Source: an uncultured Pseudomonadota bacterium
GTDB lineage: Bacteria > Myxococcota_A > Polyangia > Fen-1088
Assembly: GCA_963778795.1 (NCBI GenBank)
Contig: CAVZVU010000001.1
Span: forward strand, 1,452,776 to 1,516,775
Direction: 5' to 3'
DNA: 64,000 nt
A model generated the notes under the pieces. The model saw only the letters and a program-made list of their open reading frames with translations. It was not told where the DNA came from and ran no database searches. Below are positions 22,694 through 32,346 of this stretch, one piece after another. Made by a program: the position numbers and the translations under genes. How positions within the stretch are numbered: position 1 is the first letter of the stretch; every line of letters starts with the position of its first letter.

Positions 22694-25068
22694 ATGTGGC
22701 GGTTGAAATCGAAGCTCGTGGGCGTGGGGGTGTGCGTGCTGTGGGTGGCGCTGGTCAGAGTCGCCTCGGTTCGCGCCGCCGAGGCGCTGTTCTCGCCGGA
22801 CTGCACCACCGACAACCTGCTGGCGCGCAAGGCGCCGGTGCAGCGACAGGACCTGCGCGGCAACCCCTGCGCTGGTCACCGACGAGGCGGTGGCGCCCGA
22901 GGGGGCGCAGTGGGACTCGCCGGTGGCGGTCATCCTCGACACGCCCGCCGGCTCGGTCACCTACGACCTCGGTCAGCCGACGTCGGTCAGCGCGTTCTAC
23001 GTGCAGGCCGACGCCAACGACACCTACAAGATCTTCGGCTCGCTCGACGGAACGCCTCAGAGCTTCAAGGTGATCTTCGAGGTCGACACCGTACAACGGC
23101 CACGGCCTGCGCGGCCGCGTGGTCAACGTCGACCCGACGATGGTGCGCTTCCTGCGCATCGGCGAGGGGCTGGGCGACAACTTCTATTCCATCTCCGAGT
23201 TCGCGGCCTACTGCCGCGCGCCGACGCCGTTCCCGCCGCAGTTCCGCACCGTCGATGCGCCGCCGGCGCGCGTGCCCGACGGTGCCGTGGTGGAAGTGCG
23301 ACCTGGTGGGACAACGACGTCGAGCGCGCGCTTCGAGATGTTGCTGGCGATCGGCGCGCATGGCGCTGATCCTGTGGGGCATCGGCCTGCGCAAGCAAGG
23401 GGACGCCTGCCGACCAGCTGAAGCTGCGCCGCCGGCTGTTGATGCTGGTCGGGATCCTGTCCTTCGGCGCGTACTGGAACTTCGGGTTCTTCCACTTCCG
23501 AAACTACATTCACGTCTGGGACACCTACCACTATTACATCGGCTCGAAGTACTTCCCCGAGCTGTCCTACGACCGACTTTACGAGTGCGTCTCCGTCGCT
23601 GATTCGGAGGTGCCGGGGATGCGCCGGCGGGTCGAGCTGCGCAAGATCATGAACCTGCGCACGAACATGATGGGGCCGACGACCGACATCCTCGACGCAC
23701 CCCGAGCGCTGCAAGGAGCACTTCACGCCGGAGCGCTGGGCGTCCTTCGCGAAGGACGTCGCCTACTTTCGCAACGCACACGGCGTGAAGCGCTGGGAAG
23801 AGGCGCAGACCGATCACGGCTACAACGCGACGCCGGTCTGGAACGTCCTCGGCACGACGCTGGCCAACCTCGCGCCGGCCAGCGACACCCAGATCAATCT
23901 GCTGTCGCTGCTCGATCCCGCCTACGCGTTCGGGATGATGGCGATGATCTGGTGGGCGTTCGGTTGGCGCACGCTGGCGATCGGGCTGGCGGTCTTCGCC
24001 ACCAATTTCCCGTCGCGCTTTTACTGGACCGGCGGCGCCTACCTGCGCTGGGACTGGCTGTTCTACCTGGTGGGCGGGCTGTGCCTGTTGCGGCGCGAGA
24101 AGTATTTTCTGGGCGGGCTCTTCCTGTCGTACACCACGTTGCTGCGCGTCTTCCCGGTGTTCGTCTTCATCGGGCCGCTGATGGTGCTGGTGCAGGAGTA
24201 CCTGAAGACGCGCCGGATCGACGGCCGCTACCGATCGCTGATCGCGGGCGCGGCGCTGGGCGTGGCGCTGCTGGTTCCCCTCAGCCTGGTGAAGAGCGGC
24301 GGCATCGAGGGCTACATCCACTTCAAGCAGAACAGCGAGAAGCACACGGCGACACCGCTGACGAACTACATGGGGCTGCGCACGGTGGTCGCCTACGCGC
24401 CGTCGGAGGCGGGGCGCTTCCTGCGCAACGATCGGCTCGACGATCCGTGGGGGGCGTGGAAGATCGCCAAGCTGCGCACCTTCCGCGCGCGCAAGGTGCT
24501 ATTCGCGGTCGCGGCGCTGGCGTTCGGCGCGCTGCTGTGGTTCTCGGTGCGCGGCACCGAGCCCTGGGTCGCCGCTTGCTTGAGCGCGACGATGATCGCC
24601 GTCGGCGTCGAGCTGACCTGTTACTACTATTCCTTCCTGATCGCGGTCACGTTGCTGTACCAGAAGCGGCGGGAAGTCGGGGCGACGCTGCTGGCGGTGA
24701 CGGCGGCCACGAGTTTCATTGATTGGGCGCCGACGCGCTTCCTCCCCGACGCCGGTATCTGGCGCTGGATGAAGATGCCGACCTGGCTCGACGAGCAGTA
24801 CATGTGGATGGCGATCGTCACGTTGATCGGCTTCGCCTGGATCCTCTATCGCTTTGGCTTCTTCCCCGCCGACCCGAATGAGGGCGTGGAGGATGGTCTG
24901 GTCGGCAGCGGGGCCGGCGAGGGCGGCGCCGCCGTGGCGGGCGCGAATCTCGCGGTCGCGGGGGGAGCACCCGCCAGCGCCGCCGCCGCTGCACCGGATG
25001 CGCCCGCATCGACGGGATCGCGCAACCGCGGGGCGGCACGCAAACGCAAGGACCGCCGGAAAAAATAG
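22694..25068 (+). pseudogene. polytopic membrane protein with N-terminal discoidin (F5/8 type C)-like domain, unknown function (frame-disrupted)
   Basis: Signal peptide MWRLKSKLVGVGVCVLWVAL. Jelly-roll-like region APEGAQWDSPVAVILD..YKIFGSLDG..LRIGEG. More than 10 hydrophobic segments from 23340 onward. Frame changes near 22870, 23100, 23290, 23400 and 23720. The last 1.3 kb is intact. Confidence 0.7.
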
Positions 25069-25080
25069 CGTCAAAACGAC

Positions 25081-25111
25081 GAGGCCGCGTCGGGTGAGCC
25101 GACGCGGCCTC
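25081..25111. terminator. perfect 13-bp stem hairpin between convergent genes (bidirectional terminator candidate)
   Basis: GAGGCCGCGTCGG-GTGAG-CCGACGCGGCCTC. Weak T/A tracts on either side. Confidence 0.65.
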
Positions 25112-25156
25112 TCAAATCAGGAGTTAACGGAGGGCGGAAATCGAGCGGGTTAACGT

Positions 25157-25525
25157 CTAACGTCGCCCTTTCTTCTTGGCGACCTTCTTCTTGGCGGGCG
25201 CCTTCTTCTTGGTGGCGCTCTTCTTGGCGGCCTTCGCCGCCTTTTTGGCGGGCTTCTTGGTGACACCCCGCCGTTTGGCCACGCGCGCCGACTTCTTGCG
25301 CTTCTGGCCGCCGATCGCGCGCTTGGCGCGCGACACATCTCCGTCGCGATCGACGAAGTAGATGTAGTTCGTGTCCATCTGGAAGCCGCCGTCCTTCACC
25401 ATCTCCGGCCTTCCCTTGGGAACGCCCGGCTGCTTCCGCTGGACCTTCCAAACCGCCCCGTCCTTCACGTAGTACATGAAATCTTTTTCACGAGCTACGC
25501 CCAGCTTTGCGACTTTCTCGGCCAT
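25157..25525 (-). CDS. small basic protein: duplicated beta-hairpin-like N domain plus Lys/Ala-rich histone H1/AlgP-like tail
   Basis: ATG at 25525 is preceded by GGAGGG. Internal duplication FMYYVKDGAVWKVQRK / YIYFVDRDGDVSRAKR. Tail KKPAKKAAKAAKKSATKKKAPAKKKVAKKKGRR. Confidence 0.75.
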   Translation of the reverse strand: MAEKVAKLGVAREKDFMYYVKDGAVWKVQRKQPGVPKGRPEMVKDGGFQMDTNYIYFVDRDGDVSRAKRAIGGQKRKKSARVAKRRGVTKKPAKKAAKAAKKSATKKKAPAKKKVAKKKGRR

Positions 25526-25802
25526 CTCAGCAGCCCTCCGTGTAGAAAGTGGTGCGAAAGAAGACCTCGGCATGGTAGCGGGGGGGCCACCCCTGTCAAG
25601 CGAAATCCCGCTCAAAAACCGGGCGATCTCGTCGGAGAACACCGCTTTTTCGCGAATCTCCCGCGAAATTTGGCCGAAATAACTTTGCACCCTACTGGCG
25701 GTTTTCGTGATGGTGTCGAGCGCCGACGAGATACGCGGCGATAGCCGACGGGATTCCGGCCGGACGTCTTGTGGGATTTGGCGCGGGATTTGGCGCGGAA
25801 AA

Positions 25803-26615
25803 TCAGCGCGGGCGGGCGAGGTAGACGTGTTGCTCGGTGTCGCTGTCGTCGCGCAGCGGGCTGCCGGCGAAGTCCGACCAGCTGGCGATGAGGCGCAGGC
25901 CCGCGCGCTCGAGGAGCACGGGAACCTCCGCGCGCGCGAGCTGTCGGTGGCACAGGCGCAGCACGCGCTCGGGGCCGGTCGCGCGTCCCCGTCCGTTCAC
26001 CGGCTGGTAGTACATGCGCATCAGCAGCGTGCGCCGCCGCCGATCGAGGTGGTGGTTGATCGTGTAGACCAGCCGCTGTCCCGTGGTGGGATCGCGAAAG
26101 GGCGTGCGATCCCAGCGCCGCGTCTCGTCGCGCTCGAGGAAGCTCCGCGCCGGCGCGAAGACGTCGAACGCAAACCAGCCGCCTGGTTCCAGCGCCCGGC
26201 GAACCGCGCGCAGAAACTGGCCGAGGTCGCGATCGGTCACCAGATGCTGCACGCTGTGAAACGCGGCCACGGCGAAACCGAAGCGGCGGCGCAGGGCGAA
26301 GCGGCGCATGTCGGCGCGCACCAGCAGCGCGCGCGCTCGCCGGGCGCGCGACAGGCGCGCGATCTTGGCGGCGGCGTGGGCCAGCATCGCCGGCGCGTGA
26401 TCGAGGCCGACCACGGTGTGACCGTCGCGCAGCAGCGGCACCATCAGGCGTCCGGTGCCGCAGGCGAGATCCAGCACCGGCCCGCCGTGCTCGGCGGCCA
26501 GCGTGCGATAGAAGCGGATGTCCTGGCGCCGGCGGCGGTAGTCGTGATCGTAGAGGGCGGCGTCCTCGAAGTGCTCGATCGCGCCCGCGGTCTCCTCCTC
26601 TCGCGAGATGCTCAT
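25803..26615 (-). CDS. class I SAM-dependent methyltransferase
   Basis: VLDLACGTGRLMV (motif I), VAAFHSVQHL, LEPGGWFAFD. The 270-codon ORF is intact. Confidence 0.85.
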   Translation of the reverse strand: MSISREEETAGAIEHFEDAALYDHDYRRRRQDIRFYRTLAAEHGGPVLDLACGTGRLMVPLLRDGHTVVGLDHAPAMLAHAAAKIARLSRARRARALLVRADMRRFALRRRFGFAVAAFHSVQHLVTDRDLGQFLRAVRRALEPGGWFAFDVFAPARSFLERDETRRWDRTPFRDPTTGQRLVYTINHHLDRRRRTLLMRMYYQPVNGRGRATGPERVLRLCHRQLARAEVPVLLERAGLRLIASWSDFAGSPLRDDSDTEQHVYLARPR

Positions 26616-26638
26616 TCGCGCGTTAATCTAGCCCCCAA

Positions 26639-27367
26639 ATGAGCGACGCGAGCGACGCAATTGTGCTTTTGTCGGGAGGGCTCGACTCGGCGACGGCGCT
26701 GGCGATGGCGCGCGCCGAGGGTTGGCGCTGCCACGCGCTCAGCTTCCGCTATGGCCAGCGCCACGCCGTCGAGCTCACGGCGGCGGCGCGCGTCGCGGCC
26801 GCGCTCGGGGCGGCCAGCCATCGCGTGATCGACATCGACCTGCGCGCGCTGGGCGGCTCGGCGTTGACGGCCGACGGAATCGACGTTCCCAAGGGGCGCA
26901 GCGAGTCCGAGATGGACGGCAGCGCCAGCGGCGGCGCCAGTCCTGGCGCCGGCATCCCGGTGACCTACGTCCCGGCCCGCAACACGATCTTTGTCGCCTA
27001 CGCCATCGCCGTGGCCGAGGTGACCGGCTCGACGGAGATCGTGCTCGGCGTCAACGTGCTCGATTCGTCGGGATACCCCGACTGTCGCCCCGAATGGCTG
27101 GCGGCGATGCAGGAGGTGGCGCGGCTCGGCACCAAGGCCGGCGTGCGAGGGGCGCCCGCGCGATCACGCTGCGCGCGCCGCTGATCCGGATGTCGAAGGC
27201 GGAGATCATCGCCGCGGGGGTGGCGCTGGGCCTTGACTACGGCCTCACCCACTCTTGTTACGACCCGACCGACGCCGGCGCCGCCTGCGGGGGCTGCGAC
27301 GCCTGCCAGCTGCGCCGCCGCGGCTTTCGAGGCGGCCGGGGTGCCCGATCCGACACGCTACGCCTGA
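26639..27367 (+). pseudogene. queC: 7-cyano-7-deazaguanine synthase (two frame changes)
   Basis: PP-loop [21 protein letters not shown], Zn-binding Cys cluster [18 protein letters not shown]. Frame changes near 27155 and 27325. Confidence 0.9.
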
Positions 27368-27377
27368 TCGGAGGCAA

Positions 27378-27442
27378 GAGGCCTCGGACATCAGGCCTCG
27401 GACGTCCTGCGAGTCTTCCCGGAGCCCGAGGCCCGAGGCCTC
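27378..27442. terminator. long imperfect hairpin between convergent queC and pcnB
   Basis: GAGGCCTCGG (27378-27387) pairs with CCGAGGCCTC (27433-27442). AGGCCTCGG (27393-27401) pairs with CCGAGGCC (27426-27433). Confidence 0.5.
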
Positions 27443-27460
27443 CTTAACGCCCAGGCCGCG

Positions 27461-29056
27461 TCAGTCGCGCCAGGTGCTCCAGGGGCCGCCGAACGCGCCG
27501 GTCCCCAGAAAGGGCGCCTTCTTCGCCGCGCGCCGCGACGGCTCGAGCAGCAGCGCCGTCGCGCCGGCCAATCCGTCGAGCGAGGTCAGCGATCGCGCGC
27601 CGTTGCCCGCCGTCGCGGAGAATCCGACTGCGGCCGCGCGCGGCTGGTCGCGCGGGGGGCGCTGCTCGCCCGGGCCAGCTTCGTCACGTCCGGGACCGCG
27701 GCTGCCCCGGCCACGCCGGCGTCGGCTCGAGCGATCGTAAAGCTCGACGGGCTCGAGCTCGGGCGCGGCGTCGTCCTCTCCCGCGGCCACCGCCTCGTCA
27801 CCGATGGCGCCGTCGCCGGCCCCGTCGCCGACACCGACAGCGATACCCTCTCCGACCAGCGGCTGACCGGCCAGCGCCGGGTCGAGCGACTCGGCCTCCG
27901 AGACGATCTCGCACAGGCGCAGCGCCTCGTCGAAGAACTCACGCCCCGCCAGCCGCGGCCGCTTTCGGCGCGGGTTCTTGGACGGCAGGATGTAGCGAAT
28001 GGCGAGCAGGATCTGTCGCGCGAGCTCACCGTCGCGCCGCGAGGCGCGCAGCCGCTCGAGCACCGGCTGGATCGACTGCGAGACGAGCTGTCCGATGTCG
28101 CCCACGCCGGTGCTGTCGGGATCCAGCGCGTCGCGCAGCGGCGGCAGCATCAGCACCGCCAGCAACAGGCTGTTGGTGGGCGGCACCGTCCGGCGCGCCG
28201 TCGAGCGGTCGAGCGCGGCCAGGTAGGCCCAGAGCCGGGCGCGCCTCAGCTGCGTCGCCGCCAGCTTGACCGGATCGGCTTCCGGCTCGGCCGCGGGATC
28301 GTCCTTCAGGCCGCGCGCCAGCTCGGGCGCCAGCAGCTCCAGCAGCTCGGCCTCGAGCAGGATCTCCATCGAGCGCTTGGCGGCGCCCGCGCGCAGCAGG
28401 CGATAGAACTCCTCGGAGACGCGCGCCTGGGCGCACTTCGCGATGTCGTTCCGGTGATCCATCATGCGCCGGTAGGTCTCCGGCTCGATGGTGAGATCGC
28501 AGCGCGCCGCGAACTTCACCGCGCGCAGGATCCGGATCGGATCTTCGCGGAAGCGAATGTCCGGGTCGCCGATGGTGCGCACCACGCGCGCTTCCAGGTC
28601 GGCCAGCCCGTTGACGTGGTCGATCACGTTGCCGGTCTCGAGGTCGTAGAACAGCCCGTTGATCGTGAAGTCGCGCCGGCGCGCGTCCTCTTCCGGCGTG
28701 CCGAAGACGTTGTCGCGGCGGATCAGCAGATCACCGCTCTCCGCCTCCGATCCGTTTTCGGGATCCTCCTCTTCCAGCTCGCGCGGGTTGGCGCGAAAGG
28801 TCGACGTCTCGATGATCTTCGGTCCGAAGAAGACGTGAGCCAGGCGGAACCGACGTCCAATGATGCGACAATTCCGAAAAAGCCGCTTGATCTCCTGAGG
28901 CGTGGCGCTGGTGACGACGTCGAAGTCCTTGGGCTTGCGCCCGAGGAGTAGGTCTCGCACGCAACCCCCGACCAGGTAGGCGGCGTGATCGTAACGCCTC
29001 AGCCTCTGAACGACCTTTGCGGCGTCGGGATCGATCTGATCCGGCGCAATCTGCAT
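27461..29056 (-). CDS. pcnB: polynucleotide adenylyltransferase (poly(A) polymerase I) family
   Basis: YLVGGCVRDLLLGRKPKDFDV (nucleotidyltransferase motif), RLAHVFFG, FREDPIRILRAVKFAARC. Long Arg/Gly-rich C-terminal tail. The 531-codon ORF is intact. Confidence 0.88.
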   Translation of the reverse strand: MQIAPDQIDPDAAKVVQRLRRYDHAAYLVGGCVRDLLLGRKPKDFDVVTSATPQEIKRLFRNCRIIGRRFRLAHVFFGPKIIETSTFRANPRELEEEDPENGSEAESGDLLIRRDNVFGTPEEDARRRDFTINGLFYDLETGNVIDHVNGLADLEARVVRTIGDPDIRFREDPIRILRAVKFAARCDLTIEPETYRRMMDHRNDIAKCAQARVSEEFYRLLRAGAAKRSMEILLEAELLELLAPELARGLKDDPAAEPEADPVKLAATQLRRARLWAYLAALDRSTARRTVPPTNSLLLAVLMLPPLRDALDPDSTGVGDIGQLVSQSIQPVLERLRASRRDGELARQILLAIRYILPSKNPRRKRPRLAGREFFDEALRLCEIVSEAESLDPALAGQPLVGEGIAVGVGDGAGDGAIGDEAVAAGEDDAAPELEPVELYDRSSRRRRGRGSRGPGRDEAGPGEQRPPRDQPRAAAVGFSATAGNGARSLTSLDGLAGATALLLEPSRRAAKKAPFLGTGAFGGPWSTWRD

Positions 29057-29099
29057 TTTGGGGTAGGCCTATCACGCCCGCGCGAGGCCAGCAAGGCGA

Positions 29100-30665
29100 T
29101 CACTCGAACGAGAGGGGCAGCGTCCCGTCGGGATCGTACTTTTGCTTGCCGCGCGTGGTGGCATTCTTCGACGTCCGGCCACTGGGTGTCGACTTGGCGA
29201 CCGGGTGTGCGGTCGTGCTCTCCGGTCGGGACGCCTTGGCGACGGGGGGCGACGGGGGCCGCGGCGCTGGCGGTGGCGAGGGCGCGCGGGGCGCCGTCGA
29301 CGCGACCGGGGTCGAGGTCGGCTTCTTTTCGTGAGCCGGAGGAGGTGGTGGCGTGCGCAGCTCGCGCACGGGCGTGGGCGCTGCCGCGATCGGCGCCGCC
29401 TTCGTTTCGTGCGGCGGCGAAGACGGAACGGACGACGGGGACGACGACGCGAGCGAGGCCGGCTTGCTCGGGGTCGAGGCGGGCTTGCTCGGGGCCGACG
29501 CTGGCTTGGCTTCACGCGCGGTCGCGGGCGCCGGGGTGGGAGCGGTCGCGGGCGCGAGACCGGACTTGGCGATCCGCACCGGCGGCGGTGGTGGCGGCGT
29601 GGGGGCCAGCGACGGGGCGACCTTGCCCGCGGAAGAGGACGACGGCGAGGTCGACGACGCAACGGTGGCCGTCGCTGGCGGCGCCTCTTTGATTCGCGGC
29701 GGGGCGACCGGCGCGACCGGGGGCGCTACCACGACGGGGGCGGGCGGCGGGATCGGGGGCGCGGCGGCCGTGGCGCTTCGCGGGGGCACCACGGTGGTCT
29801 TGACCTCGACGGGGGGCGGCGCCTCTGCGCCGCTGCCGTGCGAACTGACCCAAGCGACGACGACGACCGAAACCACCGCCAGCACGGCACCCGAGACCGC
29901 GAGCCGCGTGTAGAGCCGGCCGCGGGGATTCTCCGGTTCGTACTCGTCGTTGATCGGCGCGGTGTCGAAGAAGCTGTGGTCCCCGCCCGAGAATTCATTC
30001 AGCGAATCTCGGGCCGGCGCGGCCGGCTCAGGCGCGGGGGCCGGGGCAGCGGCGATCGACGCCACCGGCGGGATCATCTGGGCGGCGACCGGCACGGTCT
30101 CCGGCTCGACCGCCATCGCCGGATGGGCGGGGAGATGGACGTCGCGGCCGTGGGCCGTCCCGCGCAGACCGCCGCTGTCGGGGTCCATGTTCGCCGGGGC
30201 GACGCGCGCCTGAACGGCATGCATCTCGTGTCCGATCATCGTGCCGAAGGAGACGCGATTCGGACCCGAGCGCGGCGTGGACGGCGTGGCCGGCAACGGC
30301 ACAGCGTCGTCGACCATGGTCGGGACCTGCGACGGCAGCGGTGCCGTCGCGATCTCGGGCACCGAATGGGGCATCACCATCGTGTGCGCGAACACCGGCA
30401 GCGGGTTCGTTTCGCCGGGTGCCGGCGCGACCGCATGGCCGGCCGCGTGATTCGCGACGACGGTCGTCGCCGCGTCGGTCGCTTGACCGGTGCGCTCGCT
30501 GGGCAGGTCGTCGAGCGACCGTTCCGGGCGCGCCTCCGCGTCGGTGTCTGCCAGTGGGGCCGCCGCAGCTTCGACCGACTCTGCCGACTCTGCCGACTCT
30601 GCCGAACTTGCAAGAGCCTCGGCCAGCTGCCTTTTGCCGATTCCTCTCAGCGTATCGCCTGCCAT
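29100..30665 (-). CDS. hypothetical bitopic protein with long Pro/Ala/Ser-rich (TonB-linker-like) periplasmic region
   Basis: Single TM LAVSGAVLAVVSVVVVAWV. Pro-rich repeats (PSKPASTPSKPAS). SAESAESAES is encoded by a 9-nt repeat near 30580-30610. Conserved-looking C-terminal peptide KYDPDGTLPLSFE. Confidence 0.7.
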   Translation of the reverse strand: MAGDTLRGIGKRQLAEALASSAESAESAESVEAAAAPLADTDAEARPERSLDDLPSERTGQATDAATTVVANHAAGHAVAPAPGETNPLPVFAHTMVMPHSVPEIATAPLPSQVPTMVDDAVPLPATPSTPRSGPNRVSFGTMIGHEMHAVQARVAPANMDPDSGGLRGTAHGRDVHLPAHPAMAVEPETVPVAAQMIPPVASIAAAPAPAPEPAAPARDSLNEFSGGDHSFFDTAPINDEYEPENPRGRLYTRLAVSGAVLAVVSVVVVAWVSSHGSGAEAPPPVEVKTTVVPPRSATAAAPPIPPPAPVVVAPPVAPVAPPRIKEAPPATATVASSTSPSSSSAGKVAPSLAPTPPPPPPVRIAKSGLAPATAPTPAPATAREAKPASAPSKPASTPSKPASLASSSPSSVPSSPPHETKAAPIAAAPTPVRELRTPPPPPAHEKKPTSTPVASTAPRAPSPPPAPRPPSPPVAKASRPESTTAHPVAKSTPSGRTSKNATTRGKQKYDPDGTLPLSFE

Positions 30666-30732
30666 TGGGGCGGATTTTAGCCATTAATTGCCACAAAGAC
30701 ACAGCTATACTGACGTCTGTCGGCGGATCGTA

Positions 30733-31777
30733 ATGCGCGTCTGTTTCGTTGTGAATAATGTCAGGACGCAGCGGCCGACCTACACGACGTTGCACCTGGC
30801 GTTCGCCGCGTCCCGTCGCGGGCATGACGTGGCTTTCGTGTCGGTCGACGCCCTGTCGCAGGCCGAGGGCAGCGACATCGTCGGGGACCTCGTGCGTCCG
30901 CGGGCCGGGCGGCTGCGCGACGCGGTCGCCTACGCGAAAGCCATCGCCGCCGCCGACGCACCCCACGAGGAAGCGCGACTCACTGATTTTGACGTGGTTT
31001 TTCTCCGCAACAACCCCAATGCCGGCACGAAGGATGAGGACACGTTCAACCCGGCGATCGATTTTGGCCGGCGTCTCAAGCATTACGGGGTGATGGTCGT
31101 CAACGATCCCGACGGGCTTCTGCGGGCCGGGTCGAAGATGTATTTAGCCGGATTTCCGGTAGAGCTGCGCCCGAAGACCCTGATAACCCGCTCGGTCGAG
31201 CGGGTGCGGTCGTTTCTGCGCGAGCTCGACGGTCCGGCGATCATCAAGCCGCTGGCCGGCTTCGGCGGGCAGAACGTCTTCTATGTGGCTCGCGGCCAGA
31301 CCGCAAACCTGGCGCAGATGATCTCGACCGTGCGGCGCGACGGCTACGTCATCGCCCAGGAATACCTGCCGGCCATCGTCAAAGGGGACAAGCGGGTGCT
31401 GTTGCTGGGCGGCGACCCCATTCCGCGTCGGCGGTCACGTCGCCGCCTACACGCGGATGCGGCCCAAGGACGATATCCGCAGCAACATGCACGTCGGTGG
31501 CGCACGACGTCCGGCAGAGTTTACGGAAACCGAACAAAGGGTCTGCGACCTGCTGCGCCCACGCCTGGCGGCCGACGGCCTGTACTTCGTCGGCGTCGAT
31601 CTCGTGGGCGACAAGATCCTCGAGATCAACGTCTTCGCGCCCGGCGGCATCCACAACATCAACGAGCTCTACGGCATCGACGTCGGCACCGCGGTGATCC
31701 GCGACCTGGAACGCAAGGTCGAGCTGCGCGCCGTCTACCGTGACGGGATCCCGGCGCACGTTTTCATGCGCGCGTGA
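30733..31777 (+). pseudogene. gshB: glutathione synthetase-like ATP-grasp enzyme (one frame change near 31430)
   Basis: Colinear with GshB motifs: FDVVFLRNNP, KMYLAGFP..RPKTLIT, IIKPLAGFGGQNVFYV, GDKRVLLLGGDP, ILEINVFAPGG. Confidence 0.7.
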
Positions 31778-31786
31778 CGCCGGCTG

Positions 31787-31821
31787 AACGTGGACGTCCA
31801 CGTCACGTCCACGTCCACGTT
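31787..31821. terminator. hairpin between convergent genes (AACGTGGACG / CGTCCACGTT, includes the 16-nt palindrome ACGTGGACGTCCACGT)
   Basis: The stem is followed by TTTTA on the plus strand and sits 10 nt after the gshB-like stop. The stop of the minus-strand gene abuts it. Confidence 0.6.
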
Positions 31822-32298
31822 TTACACCTGGAGATGCAGGGGAAGGTTCTTCTCGATCGATTCCGTCGCGCCGTCGGCGACGAGGTGCCAGATGTGGCGG
31901 AGCTGGGCTTCGATGACCGTCCCCTCGTCCTCCTCGGCGTCGTCGTCCTCGTCCTCTTCGTCCTCGTCCTCTTCTTCGGCGTCGACGTCCAGCTCCTCGC
32001 GCATCTCCTCGAGCACGTCGAGCAGCAGCTGCGATGAAGCGACGCGATAGTCGCCTACGACGACGCGGCCCTCGAACTCGATCGGCAGGTAGATCTCCGC
32101 GCCGATGTCGTGCGCATCGAGCCGATCGAGGAACTCGGTGAGGGCCTCCTCGGACAGGCGGGCGGCGATGGTGTGCGTCGAGTGCTCGTCCGCCTTCCCG
32201 ACGCGTGGCGCCCCCGCTTCGTCCAGCAGCCGGACGAGGGTCTTCATCTCGTCGTCGTCCAACCGATGGGAAAGCGGAGCCAGCTCAATTTCTGCCAT
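31822..32298 (-). CDS. hypothetical acidic protein
   Basis: 158 codons with coding-like composition. Asp/Glu run EEEDEDEEDEDDDAEEDE. No domain recognised. Confidence 0.65.
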   Translation of the reverse strand: MAEIELAPLSHRLDDDEMKTLVRLLDEAGAPRVGKADEHSTHTIAARLSEEALTEFLDRLDAHDIGAEIYLPIEFEGRVVVGDYRVASSQLLLDVLEEMREELDVDAEEEDEDEEDEDDDAEEDEGTVIEAQLRHIWHLVADGATESIEKNLPLHLQV

Positions 32299-32346
32299 GC
32301 CTAACCGTGCCGTACCCGTCGACCGTCGTCAATCATTGAGGCCGGG

